From assembly GCA_003990765.1 (NCBI GenBank), contig RBNJ01000141.1:1-39453 (forward strand): a stretch of DNA of 39,453 bases, read 5' to 3'. The notes under the pieces are model-generated. The model had not been told where the DNA came from. It ran no database searches and saw nothing but the letters and a program-made list of their open reading frames with translations. Origin of the DNA: Jimgerdemannia flammicorona. Its lineage: Eukaryota. The position numbers and the translations under genes are program-made. Of the stretch, positions 11,201-23,468 are shown piece after piece (positions within the stretch are counted from its first letter, which is position 1; each line of letters opens with the position of its first letter).

Positions 11201-13490
11201 TATAAAGAAGGATTACCAACTATTGCCCCTCATCAGTGATATTCTTGTAACTTTGAGAGTTGAAGCACAGTATTACAGTATCTTGGATTTATACTTAGGA
11301 TTTTATCAGATTTGCCTCACTGAAATAGCAGGTAAAAAATCAGCCTTCATCATCTCAGACAGAACCTATATCTACCTACAAATGTTATTCAGAATATGTA
11401 ATATACTAGCAAGCTTCTAGTGAATGATGAATAAAATCTTTTACTATGATATGAGAAGATAGATGATAGTTTATATGGATGATGTTATTATCTATAGTAA
11501 GACAGCCAAAGAACATCTGCAGTACATTCAGCAGATAATGGAGAAGCTAAGAAAACATAGTCTTTATATCAAGTCCAAGAAGTGCAAGTTTGCAGAAATT
11601 GAGATTTTCTACCTTAGTTATATCATTAACTGAGATAGAATACATACAGACTTGCTCAAGATTTAAGCAGTAGTAGTATACCTAAGGCTTGCCACTGTCA
11701 CTGAAGCCCAAGCCTTTATAGGACTTGCCTCTTACTACTATAGATTTATTAAAAAATTCTCCAATATCACAGGACCAATCTATAAACTCAACAAAAAGAA
11801 TGTCAAGTTCCAATAAACTGGCAGGTAACAAAAAGCATTTGATAAACTCAATATTAGACTGATCCAAGCACCCATCCTCAGAAGACCCAATTGGACTCAA
11901 AAATTCATCTTGTAGATAGATGTAAGTACACAAGGACTGGGAGTAGTTCTGGTACAGAAGAAAGATAAAGTAGAGTATATCATCACATATCTAAGCCAAG
12001 GAACCTGAGGAGCTGAAAAAGAGTATAAATTCTATAAGTTAGAATATCTTACAGTTATCTGGACTATAGAGAAATTCCATTACTATCTTACAGGAAGACA
12101 CTTTATTATTCAGATGGACTACTCAGCTCTCATCTAGCTACTGACCACTGGGCAACCTAAAGAAATCTATGTCAGATGGATTATAAAGTTACAAGTCTAT
12201 AATATAACCATCATATACTACTCTGAAAGAACCAATACCAATCTAAATGCCCTCTCATAGACACTCTAAAGGACTTCTAATTAGCAAATCAACCATGAAT
12301 AAGGAACTCTACTATAGAATTATCACCTACCTGGAACAGTAAAAGATACCCCAATATCTGGAGGAATAGATATAAATAATTATCAACAGAATATGGAAAC
12401 AATTTGAAACTGATAGAGAAATATTGAAAAAGAGAAAGCTACTTATCATACCTGAATACAAGGAGTAAGTAATGAAATAAGTATATGAACTTAGCTATCT
12501 AAGAGGAACAAACATATACAATAAAGCAAGAAGAACATTGTAGTGGCCAAGAATAGAGAAAGATATCAGATGATTTATTAAGACTTATAATAAATACCAG
12601 AAACAGAAATAAGACTAATAAAATCGGACCCCAGAATCAGTACATATATATAGAACCAGTACTCTTTATATATATTGCAATAGACATAATTGGCTCCCTA
12701 CTCTTAACTTTAAATGATAACTAATATATTATTGTCATTTAGATCTTTTTATAAAATAGATAAAGATAGGACCCCTCAAGGAAGTCAATGTATAGTCAAT
12801 TGCTGATTTCTTCTATAAAGAAATTATTTGCCAATTCAAGACCCCAGCACAAGTAACTACAGATAGAGGAACAGAATTCATAAATCAGTTCTTTGAGGTT
12901 CTCTATAAGAAATATAAGATTCAGCATATTCAGACTATAACTTATTATTCTCAGAGAAATGGATAAGTAGAAAGGATTAATAAGACTCTTAAAAATATCA
13001 TTACTAAGATCTATAATAACTATGAAAACTGGGATCACTATCTACCAATAGTATTATCTGCTCTTTGAGATATCTGATCACAAAGCACCCATTTTACTCT
13101 ATAAGAAATACTGTTCAGAGAAGAAAGTTCTCAAGGACCCCTATCATTTAATGGAGATGCTATATGGAAATATATAGATACAGAAATACAGAGATAATAT
13201 CAAATTAGAAAGAAGGCCAAGGATTATATAACCAAGACACAGACACTATAATGGAATAATATAGAGAAGATTTACAAGTCCCTGGAGATTATCAAGATAG
13301 GAGACAAAGTCCTGATATATTAGAATATAGTAGAAGCTTCATGGTTACAAAAACTAGAGCCTAAGTAGGAAGGACCTTATCTTATATAAGATATAAAAGA
13401 AACTACCTTTTAGTTATAAAAACTCTCAGGCACAATCATCTCCACTACTCTTTACTGAAACCAACTCAAGAAGTATCATAACTAATCAAT
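8300..13490 (+). pseudogene. G2 gag-pol
   Basis: Knuckle CYTYREEGHY (~9076), protease ALIDTGA (~9700), RT VYMDDVII (~11472), RNase H (~11900-12270), integrase IDIIG/TDRGTEF/VERINKTLK, EGPY motif (~13370). Confidence 0.9.
10371..10780 (+). pseudogene. G2 dUTPase domain, between protease and RT
   Basis: TGMNI, LLATGL, IRSNMA, EGGVINSDYIGEI, ETEREKKGFGS. Confidence 0.9.
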
Positions 13491-13939
13491 AGAGTACTGC
13501 CACAGTTCTCAATATCACCAGTACTATACAATGAGCCATAGAAAGACAATAATATACTATCAAGCTGCCAATCATGGAGGAATTTTTTGACAGTATCCAA
13601 AGTATAGTCCAGATATATCTGTTACAAATTTTGTATTTCAAGATCTATCAGAACTGATCCAAGTTTCAAGAATACTTCAAGTTAGGACAGCTACTAAACT
13701 TACAGCCAGAGATGGGGAAAGAAGACTGAATTAGAGAGTGCTAGCTCTTCCATGTTCAGATCACAATTGCCAAATGAGTTAACAATTTGTTCAAAGATGA
13801 TGGGCCAGCTCTAGCTCATTTTTGAGAAGTAGTCTTAGGAGACTTTGGATATATCAAGAGATACTATTGAGAGAACATAATGATATAAATCATACAATAT
13901 AAGAAGATACAAATCATGGAAGCTTGGGAGTTTGAGTGA
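13478..13939 (+). pseudogene. G2 extra ORF downstream of integrase, unknown function
   Basis: Long frame whose stops all revert by transitions (MEEFFDSIQSIV..FQEYFKLGQLL..IAK*VNNLFKDDGPALAHF), with one inferred frameshift into VVLGDFGYIK..MEAWEFE*. Confidence 0.6.
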
Positions 13940-13980
13940 ATAGAATGTTTCAGAGAAAAATCACCTATTCAGAAGAAAGT

Positions 13981-14474
13981 TGTGACAGTTGATCTGAATT
14001 AGAAACATGAATTAAAAGAATAGACATTTGATTATAATATCTGAATCTGATTCCTAAATATAGTATAGTCTTACAAATAGTAGTCATTTCACAAACTTTA
14101 AAGTTTTCACAAATGTTAAACTCTTTACAAATATTGAGATTTTACAGATGTTAAAGTTTTGACAATTATTAAAGATTTAATAGATATCAAGAATTAATAC
14201 TTGTGAAAAGTAACTTATAGAAAATATAGTCATAACTTAGTTACTTTATTGCTAGCAAACTTGTATAAATATCTCTAATATCTAGACTAAATAAATCTCA
14301 GATCAAAATAGTTCAAAGCAAAGAGAAAGTAAAAGAACTAGTAAGTCTGTGGGCAGATATACTTCAAACTCACCTACTTCTATATCTTAAGGACTTTGTA
14401 AAGTCAAAGAAGATCAAGTTTTCAAGATATAGAAATCCAATATACTTCTATAGTTATATGTCTGCTATGTTATA
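13981..14474 (+). repeat. G2 3' LTR (494 bp)
   Basis: tgtgacagttgatc...ctatgttata; direct repeat of the 5' LTR. Confidence 0.93.
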
Positions 14475-14478
14475 CTAC

Positions 14479-16642
14479 CTATAAGGGAGAATTGAAGGAA
14501 ATCCTATTTAAGTTCTTATTGATAGTGAAGCAAGTAAGTACTATCTTAATAAAGAGACTACTAATAAGTTTATACTCAAGATACAAAGAAATTCAGAAGG
14601 AAATATTACTATATTTAAAAATAAAACAACTTAGAAACTCTCTAAAATCTGTAAGAATATACTTCTATAACTAAGAGACTATATTATAAAGTAGACCTTT
14701 TATATTGCATATCTTTTAAGATATAATTTCATTCTCAAAAAATCTTAACTCAATTAAGAAAATCTATATATTAACTAGTGAACCAATATAATCTCTCTAG
14801 AATATATCAAGTTATAGTCAGAATAGGCTAAGAAAAAAGCAAATCTCAAGTATAATATTATCTCTATCATATAAATAAAGAAGCTAGTCTATAAATCAAA
14901 GTAAAATATTTATGTATATTTATACTATCAAGGAGCTACCAGCAGAAGATGATAATAATAATGACCTTTCTGAACTATTGAAGAATAAAATAATAATAAA
15001 AAAAGCCTCTAAAAACTATTCAAATATTATGAAGATATCTTTCATAACTCTAAGAACTACTATCTATCTGAGCAGTAGAACATAGTATTAAAACCACTCT
15101 AAAAGTAGATTCTCTCTACTACAGAACCTACTAACTAGCTCAGTCTGAGCTAAAAACTCATAAGAAATAGCTAGCAGATCTATCAAATAAAGATCTCATA
15201 TATTTATTAAAATTATCATATAGTGTATTAATCTTTTTTATTTATAAAAATAATAGAAGTCTATATATATATATATATATTGATTATCAAGTACTCAACA
15301 AGATATCTGTTAAGAACTGATATATATACTTATAAATTAATAAACTACTTAACTAAGTATATAATATCAAGATCTTTTCACTTATTAATCTTATATCTAG
15401 ATATTATCAAATTTATATCAAGGAAGAAGATATTTCAAAAACAGCATTTTGAATAAGATTTGAATATTATGAATTCTATATATGTAATATCTTTTAGACT
15501 CACTAATATATTAGTAATCTTCTAGATACTGATGAATGATATATTTTGAAAATATCTTAGAGTATTTATTCTAGTATACTTAGATAATATTCTAGTATAT
15601 AGTACAAGTACTACTACTTACTAATAATATCTATAGATAGTTTTTGACATACTCTGAGAATATAAGCTCTCAGTAAAAAAGAAGAAGTACTACTTTTTTA
15701 AAAAGAAAATCAAATATCTAAGATATATTGTCTTAGTAAATAGTATTGCTATTGATTCCAAAAAGACTGAAGTAATTCACAACTGACATATTCTGAAGAT
15801 TCTTAAGTCCCTATAAAGATTCAATAGATTAGCTGAATATTATTAAAGATTTATTCAAGAATTCTCAACAATTGCCTCTCTACTTATTAGTCTTTATAAG
15901 AAGAGAATCAATACTAAAAAAAGAATAGACAGAAGAATATACTATAGTAATAAATATCTTTAAGATAATACTGATTGATCAGCTCAGACTCTATAGAACT
16001 CTTTACTATTATTACAGATATCTCAAAATATTACTATTGGAGCTATATTGACTCAGTATGAATATCTAGTTACATATTTGTCCCAGAAGCTAAATGAGTA
16101 TAAAAAGAACTATATAATATAAGATAAGAAACTTCTTGCTATTATATGATCTCTATAATTATAGAGATATTTCCTCCTCAGTAAGAAGTTTATCTTTTAG
16201 ATAGACTATTAAGCCTTATAATATATTTAGATATAACTAATCCTTACAGAAAAATAGATATGATGGATACAGATCCTTATACTCTTCAATATTAAAATCA
16301 AGTATATTGCTGATATCAAAAATGAGATAACTGATACACTTTCCCAAAGTACTTAGATAAATGATCTTATAGTAATTAGTAATATTACTACTAGTTTATT
16401 TGAAGAAGTTAAGAAGAAGTATACTAAGGATACTAATATATAAGAAATTACTAAGCAAATTCTCAAAGAAAGAAGTAATATTATAAAGAAGATATATAAA
16501 AATATTTCTATTCAAAATAGATATATTTTGACAATATAAAATTTGAGTTTCTAATATCTCTATCTGTCTGCAAATCTTACAAGAATTGTATAATATATCT
16601 ATAGCTAGTCATATGAGATTTGGTAAGATATACTAACATATT
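14479..16642 (+). pseudogene. pol: G1 pol: protease, RT, RNase H and start of integrase
   Basis: VLIDSEAS (~14512), LVYLDNILVY (~15570; mutated YLDD), ITDISKY..GAILTQ, DKKLLAII, IASHMRFGKIY. Confidence 0.88.
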
Positions 16643-17106
16643 TATAATAATTTTATAGATATATTTAGACTTAGTACATTTTTGTATCTTTTAATTAGTC
16701 TTTTCTTATCATTTCTTGAACATTCTACTATATTCTGCCATCTTCTACTTGTTTAGAAATCTTCTCTTGGTACTTAGACACTACTAGAATACTCTTGTCT
16801 TTTCTTGATATTAAGTATCTTGTCTTAGCTAGTCATAGAACCTTTCAGAATATTGTAGAATTATATTAGTCAGCTTTACCAAGAATCTATTTCTTGGTAT
16901 TTCTCTTTCTTTCCAAGATCCTTCTGAATCTTTCTGTCAGATCATATATAAATATCCTTATTATCTACCTGAATAAAGCTCAGAATATTTTCTCCCAGAA
17001 ATCCTTCAAGAATACTTGAACTTTTAAATATCTCTTTGAGCTACTTTAGGCTAACTAAAACCTCCAGATTTAGCTACTTTCTCTTAAAGAAACTAGAACC
17101 ATTATA
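16643..17106 (+). repeat. G3 5' LTR (464 bp)
   Basis: Direct repeat of 22290-22751; TG..CA ends mutated to TA..TA. Confidence 0.93.
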
Positions 17107-17196
17107 TTTGATAGGAGTAGGGTTATTATATCTTACCTTATTAAGAAATCTTATATAAATCTGGAAACCAGTTACAACTAGTCACATGAACTTGAA

Positions 17197-20100
17197 ATGA
17201 GCTATGAAGAGTCAGTCCACTAGTTAGACCTCTCTACTATAAAAGAAGCAGAAGAACTATAAGCCAGTATAGAGGACATGATTACCTCTATGGCCTACCA
17301 AATCTAAGTACTTCAAGTATAACTAGAACAGCAGAAAACAAAAACTGCAAATATATCACATTCTGTGTAGCACTAGTTAGTTTCAAGTCACTCAAGCCAA
17401 ATATCTTCAATAGTCACCAAGGAGGACTATCTACAGATATGTAGATCTTCTAATTGAATTAATACTTCAAGTTTATAAGAATAGAAGAAGACATACAAGT
17501 CTAATTTGCTGCCATACTTCTCTGAGGAAATGTAGCCATTTGGTAGTGCAATTATATTATAACTATATCTATATACTCATATATATGAATTAAAGATTTA
17601 GAAGCTTTCAAGAGAGCCCTTTATAGGCAGTTCAAGTCTGCTAATACTACCAAGCTAGCCAGAGATAAGCTAGAAAACATCAAGCAACTCAAGTCTATAT
17701 AAAGCTATAATATATAATTTCTGTCAATTATACTTAAACTACTAACAATAGCTAAGAATGAAAAGATAAAATGCTATGTCTGAGATCTGAAGGGAAATAT
17801 ATAAGTAAAAGTAGAGCTAGAAGAGCCACAAAGCCTTGATGAAGCTATAAGGATTGCCAATAGGTTCAATATCATCACCTTTGGCAACTACTTTAAACCA
17901 GAATACTACAAGAAGAACTACTTTAAGAACTACCATAGAAACCAACCAAGGGTAGTTGGTCCAGCATCAATGGACTTAGATACTATATGTAAATAAAAAG
18001 AACACTAAGCTCACCTCTGAAGAAAAGGACTATCTGAAGAAATCTGAAGTCTGTTTCTTTTATTACCAAATAGGATATATTACAACCAAATGTCCTAAGA
18101 AGACTAGCAAACCTTCCAAACTAGTCACTGTATTGTCTAAAGACACACCTGTCAACCCTACTACTAGTCAATCTAAGCTCAAGATCAAGAAGCTTCACTC
18201 AAAGGCTCAGGCCCCTCAATATCAAACAGAAAGAACTATTGGTCTTGATCTATACTCTGTCAAATAAGTCACCATTCTAGCCAAGGGCCAAACTCTAGTG
18301 CCTACTAGAATTACAGTCTAATATTCTGAAGGATATTATATCAGAATTATATCACAATCAGGACTCAGTGTCAAACATTATTTAAATATAGATGCTAGTG
18401 TTATTGACCCAGACTTTCAAGGATAAGTTCAAGTTCTACTTATCAATCAAAAGGATCAAGACTACATAGTCAAGGAAGGAGACCAAGTTACACAAATAAT
18501 CCTAAAAAAAAGCCAGTTAACTCAAAATTACAGAAGTTCAAGAACTCTTTAAAACCAAGTAAGATCAAAAAGATTTTAATAGTACTGATCAAGCAGCAAG
18601 TCTTAATGAAAATTGAGCTCAAGCTATGCTCATTTTCAAAGACCTAGTTAAAGAAAAAGAAGTTCAAGTACTTATAGACAGCAGAGCTGCAAAAAACTTC
18701 ATCAATTAAAATCTCATTGAAAGCCTCAAGATCCTTACCAAGTCTGTACCCAAGAATAACAGTATAGTTACTACAGATAGTACACTATACCCTATCAAGT
18801 CAATTGCTATCAAATTACCCATCAAGATCCAGAAATATTGAGAATGAGTAGACTTTGAGGTTGTACCACTAGGAGATCATGATCTGATCCTAGGAAAACT
18901 CTGGCTTACAAAATACAATCCAGATATCAATTGATATAAGAATGAAGTCACCTTATTTCAAGATAGAGCCAATATCACTATCAAGATAGACAAGATCATG
19001 AGCAAGACCCAGATTGCAATACTGTCAGTCATATAGTATAGGAGAGTACTTAAGAAGGTAATGTATGCCTTTATTGTAATAGTTCATCCCAAAAAATAAG
19101 ACAAGAAACTATTAGTCAATGAAAGTATCAAGTTACTGCTAGAAGAATTCAAGAATATCTTTCCAGATAAGCTACCTGGTCTACCACCTATATGAGAAGT
19201 TGATTATGAAATCAAACTGACCCCAGGAGCTATACTACCCAAGAAATATATGTACTATATGTCACCACTCAAAATTGAAGCAGTTAAAAAAGAACTAAAA
19301 GAACTACTTATATGAGAAGTCATTTAGCCAAGCAAATCTCCTTATAGCTCATCAGTCCTATTTGTCAAGAAGAAGGATGGTACTCTATAAATATGTATAG
19401 ACTATCATATACTCAATAAGCTCACTATCAAGAACCACTATCTGTTACTTTTAATTGATCAAATCTTTGATACTCTCAAGAATACCAAGTACTTTACTAA
19501 ATTGGACCTCATGTCAGAATACCACTAGATCTAAATTGAGCCAGAAGATTTCTAAGACTGCATTTATGACTCTCTTTGGACTCTACAAATTCCTGGTCTT
19601 AGTATTTGGTCTCACTAATATATCTGCCACATTCCAGACCTTAATGAACAAGATATTCAAGAACTAACTATTTATTTTTCTATTGATATATCTTGACAAC
19701 ATCCTGATCTTTAGCACAACTAAAGAAGAATACCTCAAACATATTCAAACAGTCCTAGAGATCCTGCAAAAATACAAGCTTTATACTAAGCTTAAGAAGT
19801 ATGAATTCTTCAAGAAATATGTTGAATATCTTGGCCATATTATCTCTATATAAGGAATCCAAGTAGACCCAAACAAGATAGAGGTAATTTAAGAATAGTC
19901 TATTCTATCAAATCTCACAGAACTTCAATCTCTCCTTGGCCTAGCTGGCTACTACTATTGCTTTGTCAGAAACTCTCTGGCATTATTGAGCCACTGACTA
20001 ACCTCATGAGGAAGGTCCCACACTCAGACCATGATATACCCTACACCTGAGACCTCTTCTATCAATAAGCCTTTCAAGAACTCAAGAAATGCCTAACCTA

Positions 20101-21990
20101 TACTCCAGTTCTACATAGTACAGATCAAGACCTAAAATTCATAGTTACCACTAATGTATTGAATTTTGCCATTAGAGTAGTTCTATTACAAGACAATAGC
20201 AAAGGATATCATTCTATTGCTTTTGAGTTTCACAAGTTGGCCCTAGCTGAACAGAAGCTAGCCACTCATAAAAAGACTACTAGTAATAATATATAGACTA
20301 GACTACTGATAATACTATCTAGAAGATATTGAGTTTGATATTATTACTGACCATTAATCTCTCAAGTATATCAACATCCAGCCTACTCTGTTATGCTTAT
20401 AAGCTAAGTGGAGTCTCAAACTTCAAACCTTCAACCCAACAATTATCTATAAGCCTGACAAGATACTTGTAGTATCAGATACCTTATCAAGATATCTGGA
20501 CCTCACCATAATCATACAAGTCACCTTGGCATCAGAATTTCTAGACCAAATCAGGCAAGCTTATAAAGAAGTTACAGTCACCACTAGAGTTTTCTTGAAT
20601 GAGCTCAAGGATACATATACTGTTAAGATCAATCTGATCTATCATTAAGACTAAGTCTATCTACTCAAAAACATAAACCTACACTATAAGATTTTGTAAG
20701 AACACTATAACTTCCCTCTTGCTAGTTACCTGGGAATCAAGAAGACTGTTAAAAATATCTAACATCACTATTATTGATCAAGCATGGTCAAGAAAATTAA
20801 GAACTATGTTACCAGCTATAATCTATGCCAGTACAATAAGTCTATCAACCAAGTATCAGCTGGCTTGCTACAACTACTGCCAATTTCCACCAAGAAATTC
20901 AAGAAAGTTACTATGGACTTTGTAACTTAACTACCATAAACTCAATCTGGTACTAATGCTATTATTGTATTTATTGACTGCCTGACCAAAACTATGGTTA
21001 TCAAACTAACTACTACCAATGCTACTATACCCAAGATTATAAGAATCTTCTTCAAGTCTATCTTCTATCACTATGACCTACTACAAGTAATTATCAGTAA
21101 TTATAATCTCAAGTTTACCAGTCACTTCTGACAAACTCTCTTTAAGACCCTAGAAATCCAATTGGCTATATCTACTGCCTTCTACCTACAAACTAATAGA
21201 CAAACCAAGTATATGAATAGAACTCTAGAACAGATGCTTAAAAACTATATTTCTTATAAGTAAGATAATTAGGACCACTATCTAACTTATATAGAGTTTG
21301 CATACAATAATTTTATTCAATTATCTACTAGTCTTTCTCCTTTCTGGTTACTCCATGATTAAGATCCCAAGACCTCTGCAAGTCTAGTCCCTTTCAAGAA
21401 AGCAGTCAAATATAAGTCTCTACTACTAAGAGTGTTATAGACAAAATGGACAAATTACTCAAGATTTCTACTATGAATCTTCAGAAGGCTCAATAGTATT
21501 AAGCTAAGTATGCTGATAAGAAATACCATGATATCACTTATACTATTAGAGATTAAGTCCTACTATCTACTGAGAACCTCAAGATATAATCTCAAGTTAA
21601 CCATCCTTTGAAAAAGTTCCAACCCAAGTATATTAGACCTTTCAAGATTACTAAACAAGTCTTTGCATCCTCCTACTGCCTCAAGCTATTTAAAATTATG
21701 AGAGTACACCCAGTCTTTCATATATCATACCTTAAGATCTAAAACTAGTTACTACTCTATCCTGATCAAATTCTTAAGCCATCTGTCCCAGTGATTATTG
21801 AAGATCATATTAAGTATGAAGCTAAGAAAATTCTTAACAAATGAATCTACTACTGCTATCCTGAATACCTAGTCAAGTAGATGGGCTACTCTAAATATAA
21901 TACTATCTGGGAACTGCTGGTCAATCTCAAGAACTCTCAAGATCTAGTTCAAGACTTTGAGATAAAATATATTATCCAATCTCTATAGTG
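17197..21990 (+). pseudogene. G3 gag-pol
   Basis: FAAILL*GNVAIW (gag), CFFYYQIGYITTKCP (~18052), VLIDSRAA (~18665), IYLDNILIFS (~19690), RNase H, integrase MDFVT/QTNRQTK, VHPVFHISYL, chromodomain YLVK*MGY..IWELLVNL (~21813-21960). Confidence 0.92.
18178..18590 (+). pseudogene. G3 dUTPase domain, between gag and protease
   Basis: LKIKKLHSKAQAP, IGLDLYS, LVPTRI, SQSGLSVK, ASVIDPDFQG*VQVLLIN, EGDQVTQII. Confidence 0.92.
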
Positions 21991-22289
21991 ACTTTCTTGG
22001 ATTATTAATGACCTATAGTAATAACCAGTGCCTTATACATCAGAAGTTTACTTTGAATTCTCAGAATTAGTAGAATATTTAATAAATAAAAAGTCTACCA
22101 AAATAAAGCTACTAGCTGGGTTTGAATCTCTCCTAGTTAATTAGTTTGATAATAGACTCTCTGCTCTATATAAGGATGGCCAATCTCTGTCAATATACTA
22201 ATATAAGTTTGAGAAATTTTGGTTAAGTATATCTAGTCTTGTGTTACCTAAGAACTCAATGAGAACATTAGTTCTTAAGGAGGGAGAAA

Positions 22290-22751
22290 TGTAATAATTT
22301 CATAGGCATATTTAGTCTTAGTATATTTTTACATCTTTTAGTTAGTCTTTTCTTATTATTTTTTTGAATATTCTACTATATTCTGCTGCCTTCTACTTGC
22401 TTAGAAACCTTCTCTTAGTATCGACACTATTAGAATATTCTTGTCTTTTTTTGGTACCAAGTATCTTATCTTAGCTAGTTATAGAACCTTTTAGAACATT
22501 ATAGAATTATATTAGTTAACTTTACTGAGAACCTATTTCTTGGCATTTCTCTTTCTTTCCAAGATCCTTCTGAATCTTTCTATCAGATTATTATAAATAT
22601 TCTTATTCTCTATTTAAATAAAGCTCAGAATATTTTCTTTCAGAAATTCTTTGAGAACACTTGAACCTTTAAGTATCTCTTTAAGCCACTTTAGACCAAC
22701 TAGAACCTCTAGATTTAGCCACTTTCTCTTAAAGAAACTAGAACCATTACA
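22290..22751 (+). repeat. G3 3' LTR (462 bp)
   Basis: tgtaataatttc...ccattaca. Confidence 0.93.
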
Positions 22752-22811
22752 ATATTGCTGATATTTCTACTAGCCCAAGATAATAGCTGATATTAAGAAC
22801 TATATTATATA

Positions 22812-23350
22812 TAGTGCTCCAAATGAGTCAATTTAATCTAGATTGAATTCCATCTGGATCAACTCAGATGGGATTTGAATCTCATCTGGATGGATTCAAA
22901 TCAACTATTGTTTTAATTTCCAAATTAGACAATTGAATGTTTACATTAATAACTTAATAAATAATTAACTAAATTTGATAATCTTAGGTCATTTGAAAGC
23001 CCTTAATGAGACCTATCTAATGACATCAAGAACATTGAAATCAGATCATATATTGCTAAGTTATGAAGGAAAATATCTAAATTGCTGATTTTGGAAATTA
23101 TTAGATTTTCTGATTTTGAAAATTTTATCAAATAGAACATTTTCCTTAATATTTTAGCAATATATAATCTGATTTTAATATTCTTGGTATAATTAGAAAG
23201 GCCTTATTAAGGACTTTCAAATGATATTAAGATTATTAAATTTGGATGATTATTCATTGAGTTATTGATATAAACATTCAATTGTCTAATTTAGAAATCA
23301 AAACAATGGTTGATTCAAATTCTATCTGAATTGACTCATTAGAAGTACTA
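22812..23350. mobile_element. hAT-type foldback MITE (539 bp)
   Basis: TIR tagtgctccaaatgagtcaatt / aattgactcattagaagtacta; 8-bp TSD attatata / attacata; ~200-bp internal inverted arms (~22880-23078 vs ~23132-23320). Confidence 0.88.
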
Positions 23351-23468
23351 ATTACATACTATAATATTTATCAAAGATATAAGCCTAGCAATTAAGTCTC
23401 AGCTAGAATAGTAGAGCTACTACCAATTCTTACCTAAAATTAGAACTATATTAGAATGGACTTTATTA

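Larger units (their letters stand above)
3969..14474 (+). mobile_element. G2: full-length Ty3/Gypsy LTR retrotransposon (gag-PR-dUTPase-RT-RH-INT plus extra ORF; no chromodomain)
   Basis: Matching LTRs, 4-bp TSD ctac (3965-3968 / 14475-14478), PBS-like tggtatatattggctgg after 5' LTR, purine tract 13971-13979. Confidence 0.93.
16643..22751 (+). mobile_element. G3: full-length chromovirus (gag-CCHC-dUTPase-PR-RT-RH-INT-chromo)
   Basis: Matching LTRs, 5-bp TSD atatt (16638-16642 / 22752-22756), PPT aaggagggagaaa 22277-22289. Confidence 0.95.
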
